NCBI GenBank assembly: GCA_963828735.1
Contig: CAWHFW010000003.1
Coordinates: forward strand, 64,001 to 128,000
Direction: 5' to 3'
DNA length: 64,000 nucleotides
Source: an uncultured Gemmatimonadales bacterium
GTDB taxonomy: Bacteria > Gemmatimonadota > Gemmatimonadetes > Gemmatimonadales > GWC2-71-9
The notes beneath the pieces are model-generated. The model saw only the letters and a program-made list of their open reading frames with translations, had not been told where the DNA came from and made no database searches. How positions within the stretch are numbered: the first letter of the stretch is position 1; each line of letters starts with the position of its first letter. This document shows positions 28,408 through 38,012 of the stretch, one piece after another. Made by a program: the position numbers and the translations under genes.

Positions 28408-29184
28408 TCAGGCGAGCAGGATAAGCACGCCCCACAGCACCAGGCCCACGCCGGCCAGGCGCGCGGCCCATTCGCCACGAGTCAGCAGCCTCTCGATGAA
28501 GACGAATCCGGCGAGCACCGCCACCCACACCAGGTTCATCACGCCCGCGACGAACAGGAGGGCCATGAGGAGCCCGCAACAGCCGACGCAAAAGGTCCCG
28601 TGTCGCACGCCCATGACGAGCGCGCCCCCCGTCCCTTCACGCCAGCCTGCCGTGAACACGTGAAACGGCGACCGGCAGTGAGCCAGACACGAGCCCTTGG
28701 TGGGCAGCCACTGATAGATCCCGGCCGTGATGAGGAGGGCCGCGGCGAACGCCGGGCTCGACGCGGCCATCGATGGGGAGAGCAGCGCGCGGCGGTGAAG
28801 CTCCCACTGCGCCGTGCCGGCAACCGCCGCGTAGGCCATCCATACCGCGAGGTATCCGAGCATGAACGCGCCGACCGGGGCGGACGGTATTCCTTCGAGC
28901 CTGCGCCGGCGAGCCACGCCGTCGAAGAGGAGGATCGTGGGTGCGGCCGACGGGAGCATCATCGCCACCATCATGACCATCCACATGCCGATCAACCAGG
29001 CGAGCGTCGGTGTGCTTCCGACACCAGTCCCCGCCACGCTCGGCATCCCGGGCATCGCGACGACACGCGCCGCCGACCCCCCCGACATCGCCATCCGGAC
29101 CACGTAGCCCCAGGCGAGCACCGTCAATCCGATGAGACCGGCAACCGTCACCGCGCGGTCCCGCCGGACTACTCCGTCGAGCAC
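28408..29184 (-). CDS. DUF2182 predicted metal-binding integral membrane protein
   Basis: MWMVMMVAMMLPS, YQWLPTKGSCLAHCRSP, FCVGCCGLLM, GVMNL. Confidence 0.9.
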   Translation of the reverse strand: MLDGVVRRDRAVTVAGLIGLTVLAWGYVVRMAMSGGSAARVVAMPGMPSVAGTGVGSTPTLAWLIGMWMVMMVAMMLPSAAPTILLFDGVARRRRLEGIPSAPVGAFMLGYLAVWMAYAAVAGTAQWELHRRALLSPSMAASSPAFAAALLITAGIYQWLPTKGSCLAHCRSPFHVFTAGWREGTGGALVMGVRHGTFCVGCCGLLMALLFVAGVMNLVWVAVLAGFVFIERLLTRGEWAARLAGVGLVLWGVLILLA

Positions 29185-29186
29185 CG

Positions 29187-29846
29187 TCAGGCCTGGTTGG
29201 TCCAGGTGGGCGAGGCGTAGCTCGCGAACCCGCCGGGGTGCCGGAACCGGATCAGGCCGTAGTCGCACTGCATGGTCGCGGACGTGGCCACGTTGCCCAC
29301 GTTCCAGAAGAATCCGCCGTTGGGGTACACGATCTGCACCGACTTTTCCTGCCCCGAGATAGCGTCGCGAAGCGGCGTTTGCGCCAGCTCGAGGACGCCC
29401 GGAATGCGGAACGACGAGCGGGTGCCGTCGACGGTCATGTCGATCGGCGCGCGAACCGGCCCGTCGACCGAGGCATACGTTCCGGCGAGCGCCTCGAACG
29501 GCATCCCTCCCGCGCGGCCGAGCAGAATCGCCGCCAACGCGTCCGCCTGGGCGCGAGTCGCCCGGTCGTCGATGAAGAAGACGACCGCGCCATTGCCCTC
29601 GTGGATGGCCTTGGGATACACGAACGCGATAACATACCGAACCCCGTCGAGCGCGACGTCGCCGAAGGCGCCTTGCCGCACTTCGCCGCCGATCATCGCC
29701 TCGCAGTTGCCCTTGTCCGGGTAGCCCGTGAACTGGCAGTTGCAGCCCGGGCTGCAGTTGCAGGCCTCGATGTTGTGGACGTGCATCCGCCAGGGCGTCC
29801 GAGCGGCAAGGGTGCTGGAATCGGGAGTCGCGGATGGACGAGTCAT
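29187..29846 (-). CDS. DUF1326 domain protein
   Basis: EACNC...CNC...GNCEA, IHEGNG, IDDRA...LAAILLGRAGG; adjacent to DUF2182 as is typical. Confidence 0.88.
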   Translation of the reverse strand: MTRPSATPDSSTLAARTPWRMHVHNIEACNCSPGCNCQFTGYPDKGNCEAMIGGEVRQGAFGDVALDGVRYVIAFVYPKAIHEGNGAVVFFIDDRATRAQADALAAILLGRAGGMPFEALAGTYASVDGPVRAPIDMTVDGTRSSFRIPGVLELAQTPLRDAISGQEKSVQIVYPNGGFFWNVGNVATSATMQCDYGLIRFRHPGGFASYASPTWTNQA

Positions 29847-29960
29847 GAGCCACCTCGAAAGGCGGAGCTGCCGGGCAACCGCGGTGATGCGGACAGTCGG
29901 GACGAGGGCAATATGCCCGCCGGTTCCGGAACCCGGAAGACGTCGGTTACACTACAGCGC

Positions 29961-31127
29961 GTGACGGATCGCCTGTACTACCGCGACGCCTACCTGACCG
30001 AGTTCGACGCGGCCGTCGTCGACCGTGCGGAGGACGGCCGGCGGGTCTACCTCGACCGCACGGCGTTCTATCCGACGTCCGGCGGGCAGCCGTTCGACAC
30101 GGGCCGGATCGGCGACGCCGATGTCGTGGACGTGGTCGACGAAGGCGAGCGCATTGCCCACCACCTGGACCAACCGGTAACCGGCGTTCGGGTGCACGGC
30201 CGGGTAGACTGGGCCCGGCGCTTCGATCACATGCAGCAGCACACCGGCCAGCATCTCCTCTCGGCGGTCTTCGCGGAGCGGTTCGGGTACGAGACCGTCA
30301 GCGTCCATTTTGGCCGCGAAAGCTCCACTCTCGACCTGACGGCCCCGGCGCTCGCGCACCAGCTGGTGACGGAAGCCGAGCGACTCGCGAACCGTGCGGT
30401 CACAGAGAACCGTCCCGTCCGGGTCAGCTTCGAGGACGCCGCCTCGGCCGCGGGACTCCGCAAGGCCACCGACCGGCAAGGCACGCTCCGCATCGTGACG
30501 ATTGACGGGCTCGATCGAAGCGCCTGCGGCGGCACCCACGTGCGGGCAACCGGCGAGATCGGGGCGATTCTGATCCGGAAGGTCGAACGGGTGAAGCAGC
30601 TCGTCCGGCTGGAGTTTCTCTGCGGGGATCGCGCCGTGAACCGCGCGCGGGCGGATGCCGACCTGCTCGCCGCGCTCGCGGCCCCCCACTCCGCGACGCC
30701 GGACGAGCTGCCATCGCTGCTCGAAGCGCAGCGCGCCGAGCTCAAGGCGAGCACCGCGGCGAGGCGCGAGCTCGAGGAGGCGCTGGCCGGCGTTCGTGCG
30801 CGCGAGCTCTACGCAGGGAGCCTGCCGGACGACCGCGGCCGCAGGTGCGCTGTGGTCCGCGAGCTGAACGGCCCGGCGGAGCGTTTGCGACCGCTGGCCC
30901 AAGCCTATGGCGGCATGCCGGGCGCGCTGTTCGTCGCCGTCGTGGAAACGCCGCCGACCGTTCTCGTCGCGGCGGCGCCTGACTCGGGGGTGGATGCGGG
31001 AAAGGCCCTGAAGGCGGCACTCGAATCGCGCGGCGGCCGCGGCGGGGGCAACGCGCGATTCGCGCAGGGCACCGTGCAGGACCGCGCGGAGCTCGATGGG
31101 GTGATTGCCTCGATGCTGTCGGCGTGA
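29961..31127 (+). CDS. Alanyl-tRNA editing protein (AlaX-L type, with DHHA1 domain)
   Basis: TAFYPTSGGQPFDTG, HMQQHTGQHLLS, ACGGTH, GGRGGG. Confidence 0.92.
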   Translation: MTDRLYYRDAYLTEFDAAVVDRAEDGRRVYLDRTAFYPTSGGQPFDTGRIGDADVVDVVDEGERIAHHLDQPVTGVRVHGRVDWARRFDHMQQHTGQHLLSAVFAERFGYETVSVHFGRESSTLDLTAPALAHQLVTEAERLANRAVTENRPVRVSFEDAASAAGLRKATDRQGTLRIVTIDGLDRSACGGTHVRATGEIGAILIRKVERVKQLVRLEFLCGDRAVNRARADADLLAALAAPHSATPDELPSLLEAQRAELKASTAARRELEEALAGVRARELYAGSLPDDRGRRCAVVRELNGPAERLRPLAQAYGGMPGALFVAVVETPPTVLVAAAPDSGVDAGKALKAALESRGGRGGGNARFAQGTVQDRAELDGVIASMLSA

Positions 31128-31152
31128 GGGTCCGGCCGCCAGCTTGACCTCG

Positions 31153-32556
31153 TTACCGGGAGGTGCCCGCCAGCGCCTCGACGCTTTCGCCACACACGCC
31201 GACCCCCGCCTCCTTCCGCAGGATCCCGATCACCTGATCCCACGCCAGCCCTGCCCGATATGGCCTGTCCGCCGCCAGCGCCTCGGCGATGTCCGCCACG
31301 ACCAGCACCCGGCTCGAGGGGCACAGCGACTTCCCATCCACGCCGCGATGGTAGCCCCTGCCGTCGAGCCGCTCGTGGTGGGAGCTCGCGATGCCGACGA
31401 TCGGCTCGAAGGCGGCCACCCGCTCGAGAATGCGGTGCGTGAACTCGGGGTGGAGCCGCATCTGACGCCGCTCGTCATCCGTGAGGGGGCCGGGCTTGTC
31501 GAGAATCCGGTTCGAGACGCCGAGCTTGCCGATGTCGTGCAGCAACGCCGCCCGTCGTAGGTCGCTGAGCTGGTCGGCATCGAAGCCCCGCGCCCGGCCG
31601 ATCGCCAGCGCGAGCTCCGCCACGCCCTCCGAGTGGCGGCTCGTGTACGGCGACTTGGCGTCGATCACCTGCGCGAACGCCTCCGCGATCAGATCGAGCT
31701 GGGACTCGGTCGCGAGCTCCGCGTGCTCCTCCGGCTCTAGCGCCGACAGGTATACCCGCGGGTTCGAGCCCAACACCTCCGCCCAGAACAGCCGGTCGCG
31801 CCGGAACGAGCGGAGGACGTCGACCAGCAGCGGATCGAACCAGGTCCCCCGGCGCTCCAGCGCCACCGCCATCGCGGCCTCCACACTGAACGTGCTGGCG
31901 AAGACCTCGACCGTCTGCGCCAGGCCGACGATGCGTCCCAGCAGCGGGATCTGGTGCCCGCGGAGCCCGAGCGGCATGCCGCGCCCGTCCCAATGCTCGT
32001 CCAGCGACCGGATCGCCTCCTGGGTCGCCGCCGTGAAGCCGAGCCGAGAGGCGATGCCGGCTCCCCGGTCGCACCGGGCCTGGGTCATCTCGCGCCCGAC
32101 CCCTCGTTCGGTTACGCCGATCGTGGCCGCGCGCAGCACGCGCGCGAACGGCGAGGCCTCCGGCCTGGCGTTGCGGAGCGCGTACGCCAGGTTCGGCAGC
32201 GGTGCGGTCCAGTCCGTCAGCTTGTGGTCATGCTTGAGCCGACGGTCGTCCGCGCCGAACACGCGGCACAAACGCGCCGCGTTGCTGGAGCACCCCAGGT
32301 CCTTGAGCAGGAGCGCGTAGAACAGCGGTGCGCGGTCACGGGCCGGCAACGCCGCGCCCTGCGCGATCCGCATCCCGATGAGGCAGGTGCGGACCGCGTG
32401 GCCTTCTGGCTGCCCCTCGGTGATGTCGAGCGCGTACGACAGGGCCGACAGGATCTCGGACAACCGGAGCGAGGAGGATGCGGGCGCGAACGTGATCATC
32501 GGTACCGTGGGCCTTCGTAGCGGATCAGCCTGCCTCGTGGCGGCCGTCCTGATCAT
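31153..32556 (-). CDS. Tandem HD / HD-GYP domain phosphohydrolase; start uncertain
   Basis: N-terminal degenerate HD-GYP (LLKDLGC, EHWDGRGMP); C-terminal DAKSPYTSRHS, LLHDIGK, HHERLDGRGYH, RPYR. Confidence 0.9.
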   Translation of the reverse strand: MIRTAATRQADPLRRPTVPMITFAPASSSLRLSEILSALSYALDITEGQPEGHAVRTCLIGMRIAQGAALPARDRAPLFYALLLKDLGCSSNAARLCRVFGADDRRLKHDHKLTDWTAPLPNLAYALRNARPEASPFARVLRAATIGVTERGVGREMTQARCDRGAGIASRLGFTAATQEAIRSLDEHWDGRGMPLGLRGHQIPLLGRIVGLAQTVEVFASTFSVEAAMAVALERRGTWFDPLLVDVLRSFRRDRLFWAEVLGSNPRVYLSALEPEEHAELATESQLDLIAEAFAQVIDAKSPYTSRHSEGVAELALAIGRARGFDADQLSDLRRAALLHDIGKLGVSNRILDKPGPLTDDERRQMRLHPEFTHRILERVAAFEPIVGIASSHHERLDGRGYHRGVDGKSLCPSSRVLVVADIAEALAADRPYRAGLAWDQVIGILRKEAGVGVCGESVEALAGTSR

Positions 32557-32573
32557 GGTGGGTTCAGTGGATC

Positions 32574-34061
32574 CTACTCGTCAGGCGGGCTGCTGCTACC
32601 GCCCATCTGCGTCTCCAGGGCACCACGCAGCTCGACGCCTTCCGCGCCCAACAGCCGGAAGAGCTCCCACTCCGCCGCGCGGGCCGGTCCGATGCGCCGT
32701 CCGTTGTACATGAGCGAGATCACCAGCACGCCGTCGGGGCGGCCCAGATACCCGGCCAGGTTGGCGACGTTGTCGAGCGTCCCGGTCTTCGCGTGCACCA
32801 CGCCTCGCCCCATCCCGCCCCGGAGCCGGCGCAGCGTTCCCGTCCCATTGGCCGGCAACAGCATGGGGAATCGCTCGTTCCCGGGGAGCTGCGGATAACG
32901 CGCGAGATAGAGCACCTGGGTCATCGGGCTGATGCGGTTGAGCTCGCTCAGTCCGCTCCCGTCGACCAGGGAGACCCGTGCGGCCGGTCCGACGACTCGG
33001 CGCACGTGATCCGTCACGAGCGCCGGACCGGTCGTCTGGCTGCCCGCACCCCACTGCAGCATCAGCTCGGCGCCGATGTTGAGGCTCCGGCGATTCACTT
33101 CGACGGCGACGCTATCGAACGGCGCGGATTCCACCTGCGCCAGCACCGAGCGCGACTCGAGCGTCTGCATGACCGGCCCGCCGGGGAGTATCCAGCGGAT
33201 GCCGGCTCGTTCGAGCGCCGATGCCCAGGTGGCCGCGAGCAGGCGCGAAGGGTCGTGCGCGACCGCCGAGAAGCCGAGCGGGCGCCGGTACAGGCCGATG
33301 GTGCCGTTGAGGGTCCAGCCGCCGTCGGCCCCTGGCGTGAGCCACAGCCGGCCGCCACTTCCGCTCACCGTGGTGGCGGCCATCCGGATCAGGCGTTCGA
33401 CGCCGTCGGGATAGGCCGTGACGAGGACCGGTGGTGCGCCGGTGTCGCGGCCGGGCCGGTAGGTGAGCGAGATGGTGTTCTCGTGCAGCGCGACCGGGCC
33501 GACCGGCGGTGCGTAGAGCTGTCCCTCGAAGTCGGCAGACCAGACGCTTGGATAGTGGCTCGACGCCGGGCCGGTACGGCTGGTGAGCACCAGCGGGCCT
33601 TCGAGCTGGCGAACGCCGCGGGCACGAAGCCGCCGCGCGAGCTCGCGGAGGGTCGGCCCGCTCCGGCCGGCACGATCCAGCGTCCAGTCGCCGCCCAGCT
33701 CCAGAGCCCACGTGCCTTGCCAGCGCCCGGAGGTCGGCTCGAGGGCGCCATCGCCGACGACGCTGGTGGTGATGCGCGACTCACCGCCCACGCGGGCCCG
33801 GGTGAAGCCGGTCGTAAAGACTTTCGCGGTCGACGCCGGAACGAGCGCCAACTCCGGGCTCATGCTCCAGAGAATGCGTCCGTCCATGGTGCCGATGGCC
33901 ACGCCCCATTCGCCGTTTCGCGTACGATCCGCGGTGCGGCGATACCAGGACTCGAGCGCCTCGACCTCCTTGGGCGCGAGGCTCTGGCCGCGAGCCGGCG
34001 ACGAAGCGATGGAACCCGCAACGACGACGACGACCAGCGTCCCGATGAGACGACGGGCCAT
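32574..34061 (-). CDS. dacB: D-alanyl-D-alanine carboxypeptidase/endopeptidase (PBP4/DacB family)
   Basis: Signal peptide; PASTAK (SxxK), SLN, DGSGLS, AKTGTL. Confidence 0.88.
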   Translation of the reverse strand: MARRLIGTLVVVVVAGSIASSPARGQSLAPKEVEALESWYRRTADRTRNGEWGVAIGTMDGRILWSMSPELALVPASTAKVFTTGFTRARVGGESRITTSVVGDGALEPTSGRWQGTWALELGGDWTLDRAGRSGPTLRELARRLRARGVRQLEGPLVLTSRTGPASSHYPSVWSADFEGQLYAPPVGPVALHENTISLTYRPGRDTGAPPVLVTAYPDGVERLIRMAATTVSGSGGRLWLTPGADGGWTLNGTIGLYRRPLGFSAVAHDPSRLLAATWASALERAGIRWILPGGPVMQTLESRSVLAQVESAPFDSVAVEVNRRSLNIGAELMLQWGAGSQTTGPALVTDHVRRVVGPAARVSLVDGSGLSELNRISPMTQVLYLARYPQLPGNERFPMLLPANGTGTLRRLRGGMGRGVVHAKTGTLDNVANLAGYLGRPDGVLVISLMYNGRRIGPARAAEWELFRLLGAEGVELRGALETQMGGSSSPPDE

Positions 34062-34118
34062 GAACGACTCGCGTGTTGAACCGGTTGAACGGCAGACAAG
34101 GGATCCCACCGTTCGGGG

Positions 34119-34134
34119 TGCAATCGCCAAGCCA
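34119..34134 (-). promoter_or_regulatory. Possible sigma54 (-24/-12) promoter for dacB
   Basis: TGGCTT-GGCGA-TTGCA (GG-N10-GC), with an AT-rich stretch upstream. Confidence 0.45.
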
Positions 34135-34178
34135 CCATCTAAGTCTTTTATTGGCAACGCGATATGTTGGAATACAAC

Positions 34179-34211
34179 GCCCCGGATCTGGCATTTCGCC
34201 AGACCCGGGGC
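34179..34211 (-). terminator. Hairpin terminator after yceI-like gene
   Basis: GCCCCGGGTCTGGC-gaaat-GCCAGATCCGGGGC followed by GTTGTATT. Confidence 0.6.
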
Positions 34212-34227
34212 ATGGGTTCGCCGTGGC

Positions 34228-34788
34228 TCAGGCGGCGTCAGGCTGCCTGACGAGCTCTACGTCGATCTCGATCTTGAGCTCATCGCCCACGAGGAAGCCG
34301 CCGGCCTCGAGCGCCTGATTCCAGGTCAGGCCGAAGTCCTTCCGGTTGATCTTCGTGCTGGCCGTGGCCGCGCGCCGCAGGTTCCCCCACGGATCCTTGA
34401 ACTCGAGGTCGGCCGTCTCGACCGACAGGACCACGGGCCGCGTGACTCCGTGAATGGTGAGGTCGCCGGAGACGGCCAAGCCATCAGCCGTCGGCGCCAG
34501 CTTCGTGCTGCGGAACTCGATCGTGGGGAATCGATCCGCGTCGAGGAAGTCGGCGCTCCGCAGGTGGGCGTCACGTTGGGGCTCACGCGTATCGATGCTG
34601 GCCGCATCGATGATCGCATGGATGCTGGAATGGCCAAGTCTCTCAGGGTCCAGGGTAACTGACCCGGAGACTTTGTCGAACTGCCCGCGCACGGTGGCGA
34701 CGACAAGGTGTCTGATCGAGAAATGCACCCCGGAGTGGGCTGGATCGATGTTCCAAGTTGTTGTGGCTTCAGTTGTTGCGGATGACAT
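34228..34788 (-). CDS. YceI family protein
   Basis: WNIDPAHS, RDAHLRSADFLD, GDLTIHGVT, INRKDFGLTWN; GGAG RBS. Confidence 0.95.
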   Translation of the reverse strand: MSSATTEATTTWNIDPAHSGVHFSIRHLVVATVRGQFDKVSGSVTLDPERLGHSSIHAIIDAASIDTREPQRDAHLRSADFLDADRFPTIEFRSTKLAPTADGLAVSGDLTIHGVTRPVVLSVETADLEFKDPWGNLRRAATASTKINRKDFGLTWNQALEAGGFLVGDELKIEIDVELVRQPDAA

Positions 34789-34838
34789 GGCTTATCTCCA
34801 TGGACACGATGGGCGATTGCTGACGACTCACTGACGCT

Positions 34839-34900
34839 ATATTATAGAGAGCGCTATGATTTGTCAAGCGCTTGATCAATCGTAGCTCCAGCCTTACATT
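34839..34900. promoter_or_regulatory. Back-to-back divergent promoters with an inverted-repeat operator
   Basis: Minus: TTGACA(34867-62)-17-TAATAT, with overlapping TATAAT. Plus: TTGATC(34872-77)-17-TACATT. Inverted repeat GCTATGATT..TCAAGC|GCTTGA..AATCGTAGC spans both -35 boxes. Confidence 0.75.
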
Positions 34901-34909
34901 CGCTAAACC

Positions 34910-35263
34910 ATGAAGCCCGCAGACCGTGAGTTCTGCCCCGTTTACGCCTCCATCGAGCTCCTTCAGGAGAAGTGGAACCTGCACATCATCCGGGCCCTCC
35001 TCCCGGGCCCGATGGGCTTCAACGAGCTCGGTCGAGCCGTGGGCGCGAACCCCTCCACGCTCACCCAACGCCTGGATCGCCTGGAACGGGCAGGCGTCGT
35101 GGACCGCACGGTCCACTCCGCGATGCCGCCCCGAACGAGCTACGCGCTCACCTGCGCGGGCCGGGGTCTGCAGGAGGTGATCGGCGCGATCGAGCGGTGG
35201 GGGAACGACAACTTGAAGGATCCGGACGAAGCGAGGCGGTTGCAGCCTTCCACCGGCGACTAG
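34910..35263 (+). CDS. HxlR-family winged-helix transcriptional regulator
   Basis: FCPV...KWNLHII...FNEL...LTQRL...PPRTSYALT..G; N-terminal Cys typical of redox-sensing members. Confidence 0.92.
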   Translation: MKPADREFCPVYASIELLQEKWNLHIIRALLPGPMGFNELGRAVGANPSTLTQRLDRLERAGVVDRTVHSAMPPRTSYALTCAGRGLQEVIGAIERWGNDNLKDPDEARRLQPSTGD

Positions 35264-35270
35264 GCCGGGC

Positions 35271-37256
35271 TCACACCGCTTCGAGCGCCTGCAGCAGCTC
35301 GGCCGCGCTCTGCCATCGGTCGCTCGGTTTGTGGGCCAACGCGCGGAGGATGATGCGGGACAGCTCCGGCGGCACCTCGGCGTTGAGCGAGGTGGGATCG
35401 GGGGGTGTTCGGCTCAGGTGATACATGCCGAGCTCGCTTAGGCTTGGCGGATCGAACACCAGACGTCCCGTGAGGCATTCGAACAGCACCGCTCCCGCCG
35501 CCCACAAGTCGGTGCGGTGATCGATGGGGTCCCCGAAGAGCTGCTCCGGCGCCATGTACTGCGGCGTCCCCACCACCACGCCTACCGCGGTCAGCGCCTC
35601 GCCTGTACTGGGACTGCCTTCCGCCAGCCGGGCGATCCCGAAGTCCATCACCTTGAGAAAGCCCGCCGGGTCCACCAGCAGGTTCTGCGGCTTGATGTCC
35701 CTGTGGACGATGCCTTCCTCATGCGCCACCTCGAGCGCCCGGCAGAGCTGCTTGCCGATCGTCAGCGTCGCCGCCACGTCGAGCCGGCCTGCGTCGTGGA
35801 TGAAGGTCGCCAGGGTGGTGCCGCGCACCAGCTCCATCGTGATGTAATAGGTGCCTCCCGCCTCGCCGAGGTCGTAGGTGCGTACGACGTTGCGATGGGT
35901 GATCCGGCGGGCGAGTCGAAGCTCCTGCTTGAAGCGCTCCAGCACCGTCGGATCGAGCGAGCCGAGCTCGGGACGAAGCACCTTGATGGCCACTCCCTCT
36001 CCGAGCTGTCGGTCGTGCGCCCGGTACACCACCCCCATCCCGCCCCGCCCAAGCACGTCGCCTATCTCGTAACGGCCTGCGAACACGCTCCCCGGCGAGA
36101 TCGTCCCGGTCTCCGCGCTGGCGAGCGGGGGCTGGATGGCCATGTCCGGTCGCGTTCGGAAGTACGCCACCAGGCGGTCCTTCTCGCGTAGCTCCTCGAC
36201 CATCCGGCCGAATGCCGCCGCCAGTTCGCCGATCTCGTCGCGGCTGGTGACGGGAACGTCCGAGTACGCCCCCTCGGTCACCTGGTGCGTGGCGGCCACC
36301 AGTCGGTGCACCGGGCGCGTGATCTGTCGCGCGAGCAGGATGGATGAGACGAGCGCCAGCAGGAGGCCTCCGGCGAAGGCCCATCCGATGGCTCGGCTGA
36401 GCTGCCGCCAGGCGGCGAGCTCCGCATCCCGGTCGTGGAGTCCGACAAACCCCCCGATAGGCACGCCGTCCGCGGTCTGCAGGAGACCGGTGATCCCTTC
36501 GTAGGTCCGCCCGCCGGCACTCAGCCGGAAACGAGCCGGCGAGGTGTCACCGGGAGCCGCCTCGACCCGCAGCTTCCGCACGGCCTCGCGGAGCCCCGAC
36601 GCCCCCACGGTCGACACGGCCAGCGTCGGTACCCCCGCCGTGTCGCGCGAGAAGAACAGGATCTCGGACCCGGTGTGCCGCTTGAGCTGCGACGCGAACG
36701 TGCTGTCGACGCGGACCGCCGCGACGACCACGCCGTATCTCGCGCCGCCGGCGGGGTTGATGACCGGGACACCAACCGCCTGATACAGCTGGTCGTGAAC
36801 CGGCGCCGACTCGATCCACAGGCCTTCCGTGGTCCGTCCCTCGAGCGCCCGCCCGATCAACGCGCCGCGGGAGAAATCCTCGTCCGCCGCGTTCCGCTGC
36901 GCCGTCCAGGCCTTGAGCACGCCGTCGCCGTCGACGATCAGCACCCAGTCCGCGCCCGTTTGCGCGCGCAGCTCGTCGGCCTGGTCGAGGAGGTTGGCGC
37001 GATCGTCGGTGTGGAGGGCCTCGCCGATGCGCGACACATAGGCCGGCACCTGGACCAGCGCAGCGGTGAGCTGGCGGAGGCTCCGACTCCGACTCACCAT
37101 CGCGTCGCCGATCGCCGAGCGCGTGGCCCGGAGCGCCCGTGCGGATGCCGCCTGAGCTGCGGCGTCCGCGCGGCTTCGCGTGACGAGCAGGGCGGTCCCC
37201 AACGCCGCGACGACCACGAGCGCCGCGCCGGCGAAGATCTTGGTGGCGAGCCGCAT
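35271..37256 (-). CDS. Membrane receptor Ser/Thr protein kinase: TM - periplasmic (Cache-like) sensor - TM - HAMP - Hanks kinase
   Basis: Two TMs; HAMP ITRPV...SRDEIGELAAAFGRM; kinase LGRGGMGVVY, VAIK, HRDIKPQN, DFG, GTPQYMAPE. Confidence 0.92.
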   Translation of the reverse strand: MRLATKIFAGAALVVVAALGTALLVTRSRADAAAQAASARALRATRSAIGDAMVSRSRSLRQLTAALVQVPAYVSRIGEALHTDDRANLLDQADELRAQTGADWVLIVDGDGVLKAWTAQRNAADEDFSRGALIGRALEGRTTEGLWIESAPVHDQLYQAVGVPVINPAGGARYGVVVAAVRVDSTFASQLKRHTGSEILFFSRDTAGVPTLAVSTVGASGLREAVRKLRVEAAPGDTSPARFRLSAGGRTYEGITGLLQTADGVPIGGFVGLHDRDAELAAWRQLSRAIGWAFAGGLLLALVSSILLARQITRPVHRLVAATHQVTEGAYSDVPVTSRDEIGELAAAFGRMVEELREKDRLVAYFRTRPDMAIQPPLASAETGTISPGSVFAGRYEIGDVLGRGGMGVVYRAHDRQLGEGVAIKVLRPELGSLDPTVLERFKQELRLARRITHRNVVRTYDLGEAGGTYYITMELVRGTTLATFIHDAGRLDVAATLTIGKQLCRALEVAHEEGIVHRDIKPQNLLVDPAGFLKVMDFGIARLAEGSPSTGEALTAVGVVVGTPQYMAPEQLFGDPIDHRTDLWAAGAVLFECLTGRLVFDPPSLSELGMYHLSRTPPDPTSLNAEVPPELSRIILRALAHKPSDRWQSAAELLQALEAV

Positions 37257-37258
37257 CC

Positions 37259-37951
37259 TCAGTACCTCCGCCCCTCCTGAGGGTACGGCTGGCCATACTT
37301 GTTGAGATGGGGTTTGAACCGGTAGCCCCGGGCGTCGAGCTGGATCGCGACGTCACGCAGGCCGCCAGACGGGACTTCGAGTGGCTGGCTGGCTTCGTCC
37401 GCCCGCTCGTGCCAGGCGTGCAGCAGATACCTTCCGGGTGGAACCCGGGACACCAGGAACGAGCCGTCACCCTCCGGCTGCGTGAAGTACGGACCATCGG
37501 GGACGACCACCAAGGCGCTCATCTGCGCGTGGACGTTGCAATAGACGCGGATGACGCCGGGGCGCGTGAACCGCACCGAGCGGATTTCGCCCCTGCCATA
37601 GAGGCCGAGATCGAAGGGCTGCTCTTCCGAGAGCGAGAAGACGTTGTGGTTGAAGGGATCGTGGTTGGGAAAGGAGACCGTGGAGCCGACAGGGACGACG
37701 AGTACGTGAGGTGAGAACGCCTTGTCCGAGGTGGTAATTTCCGCGGCCACTGGCGCCACCGACCCCGGACCGTCCAGCCAGATGACCGCCTGACCGACGT
37801 CCTCCGCCTGGCGGTTTCCCTTGTCGAGCACGGTCAACCGGCCGCGCACGTCGCCAGCCTGCCACGAGGCCGCCGCCAGCGAGAGGACGGCAACCGTCGC
37901 GGCCGGCAGGACCCGGCGGAACCGCCCGCCACGCTGTACTTTGGCCCGCAT
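37259..37951 (-). CDS. Exported cupredoxin-like protein (MauL-like) with C-terminal carboxypeptidase-regulatory-like beta domain
   Basis: Signal peptide; FSPHVLVVPVGSTVSFPNHDPFNHNVFS, FDLGLY, YCNVHAQM (His, Cys, His, Met type-1 Cu ligands); GSFLVSRVPPGRYLLHAWH. Confidence 0.85.
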   Translation of the reverse strand: MRAKVQRGGRFRRVLPAATVAVLSLAAASWQAGDVRGRLTVLDKGNRQAEDVGQAVIWLDGPGSVAPVAAEITTSDKAFSPHVLVVPVGSTVSFPNHDPFNHNVFSLSEEQPFDLGLYGRGEIRSVRFTRPGVIRVYCNVHAQMSALVVVPDGPYFTQPEGDGSFLVSRVPPGRYLLHAWHERADEASQPLEVPSGGLRDVAIQLDARGYRFKPHLNKYGQPYPQEGRRY

Positions 37952-37957
37952 GACCAA

Positions 37958-37986
37958 AGGTTATCGTCGGCCCTGAGGGGCGTCAA
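37958..37986 (-). promoter_or_regulatory. Sigma70 promoter giving a leaderless cupredoxin-kinase transcript
   Basis: TTGACG-17-TAACCT, then 6 nt to ATG 37951; no SD. Confidence 0.7.
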
Positions 37987-38012
37987 CGCGATCCACGAGA
38001 GATGTGCGGCGT

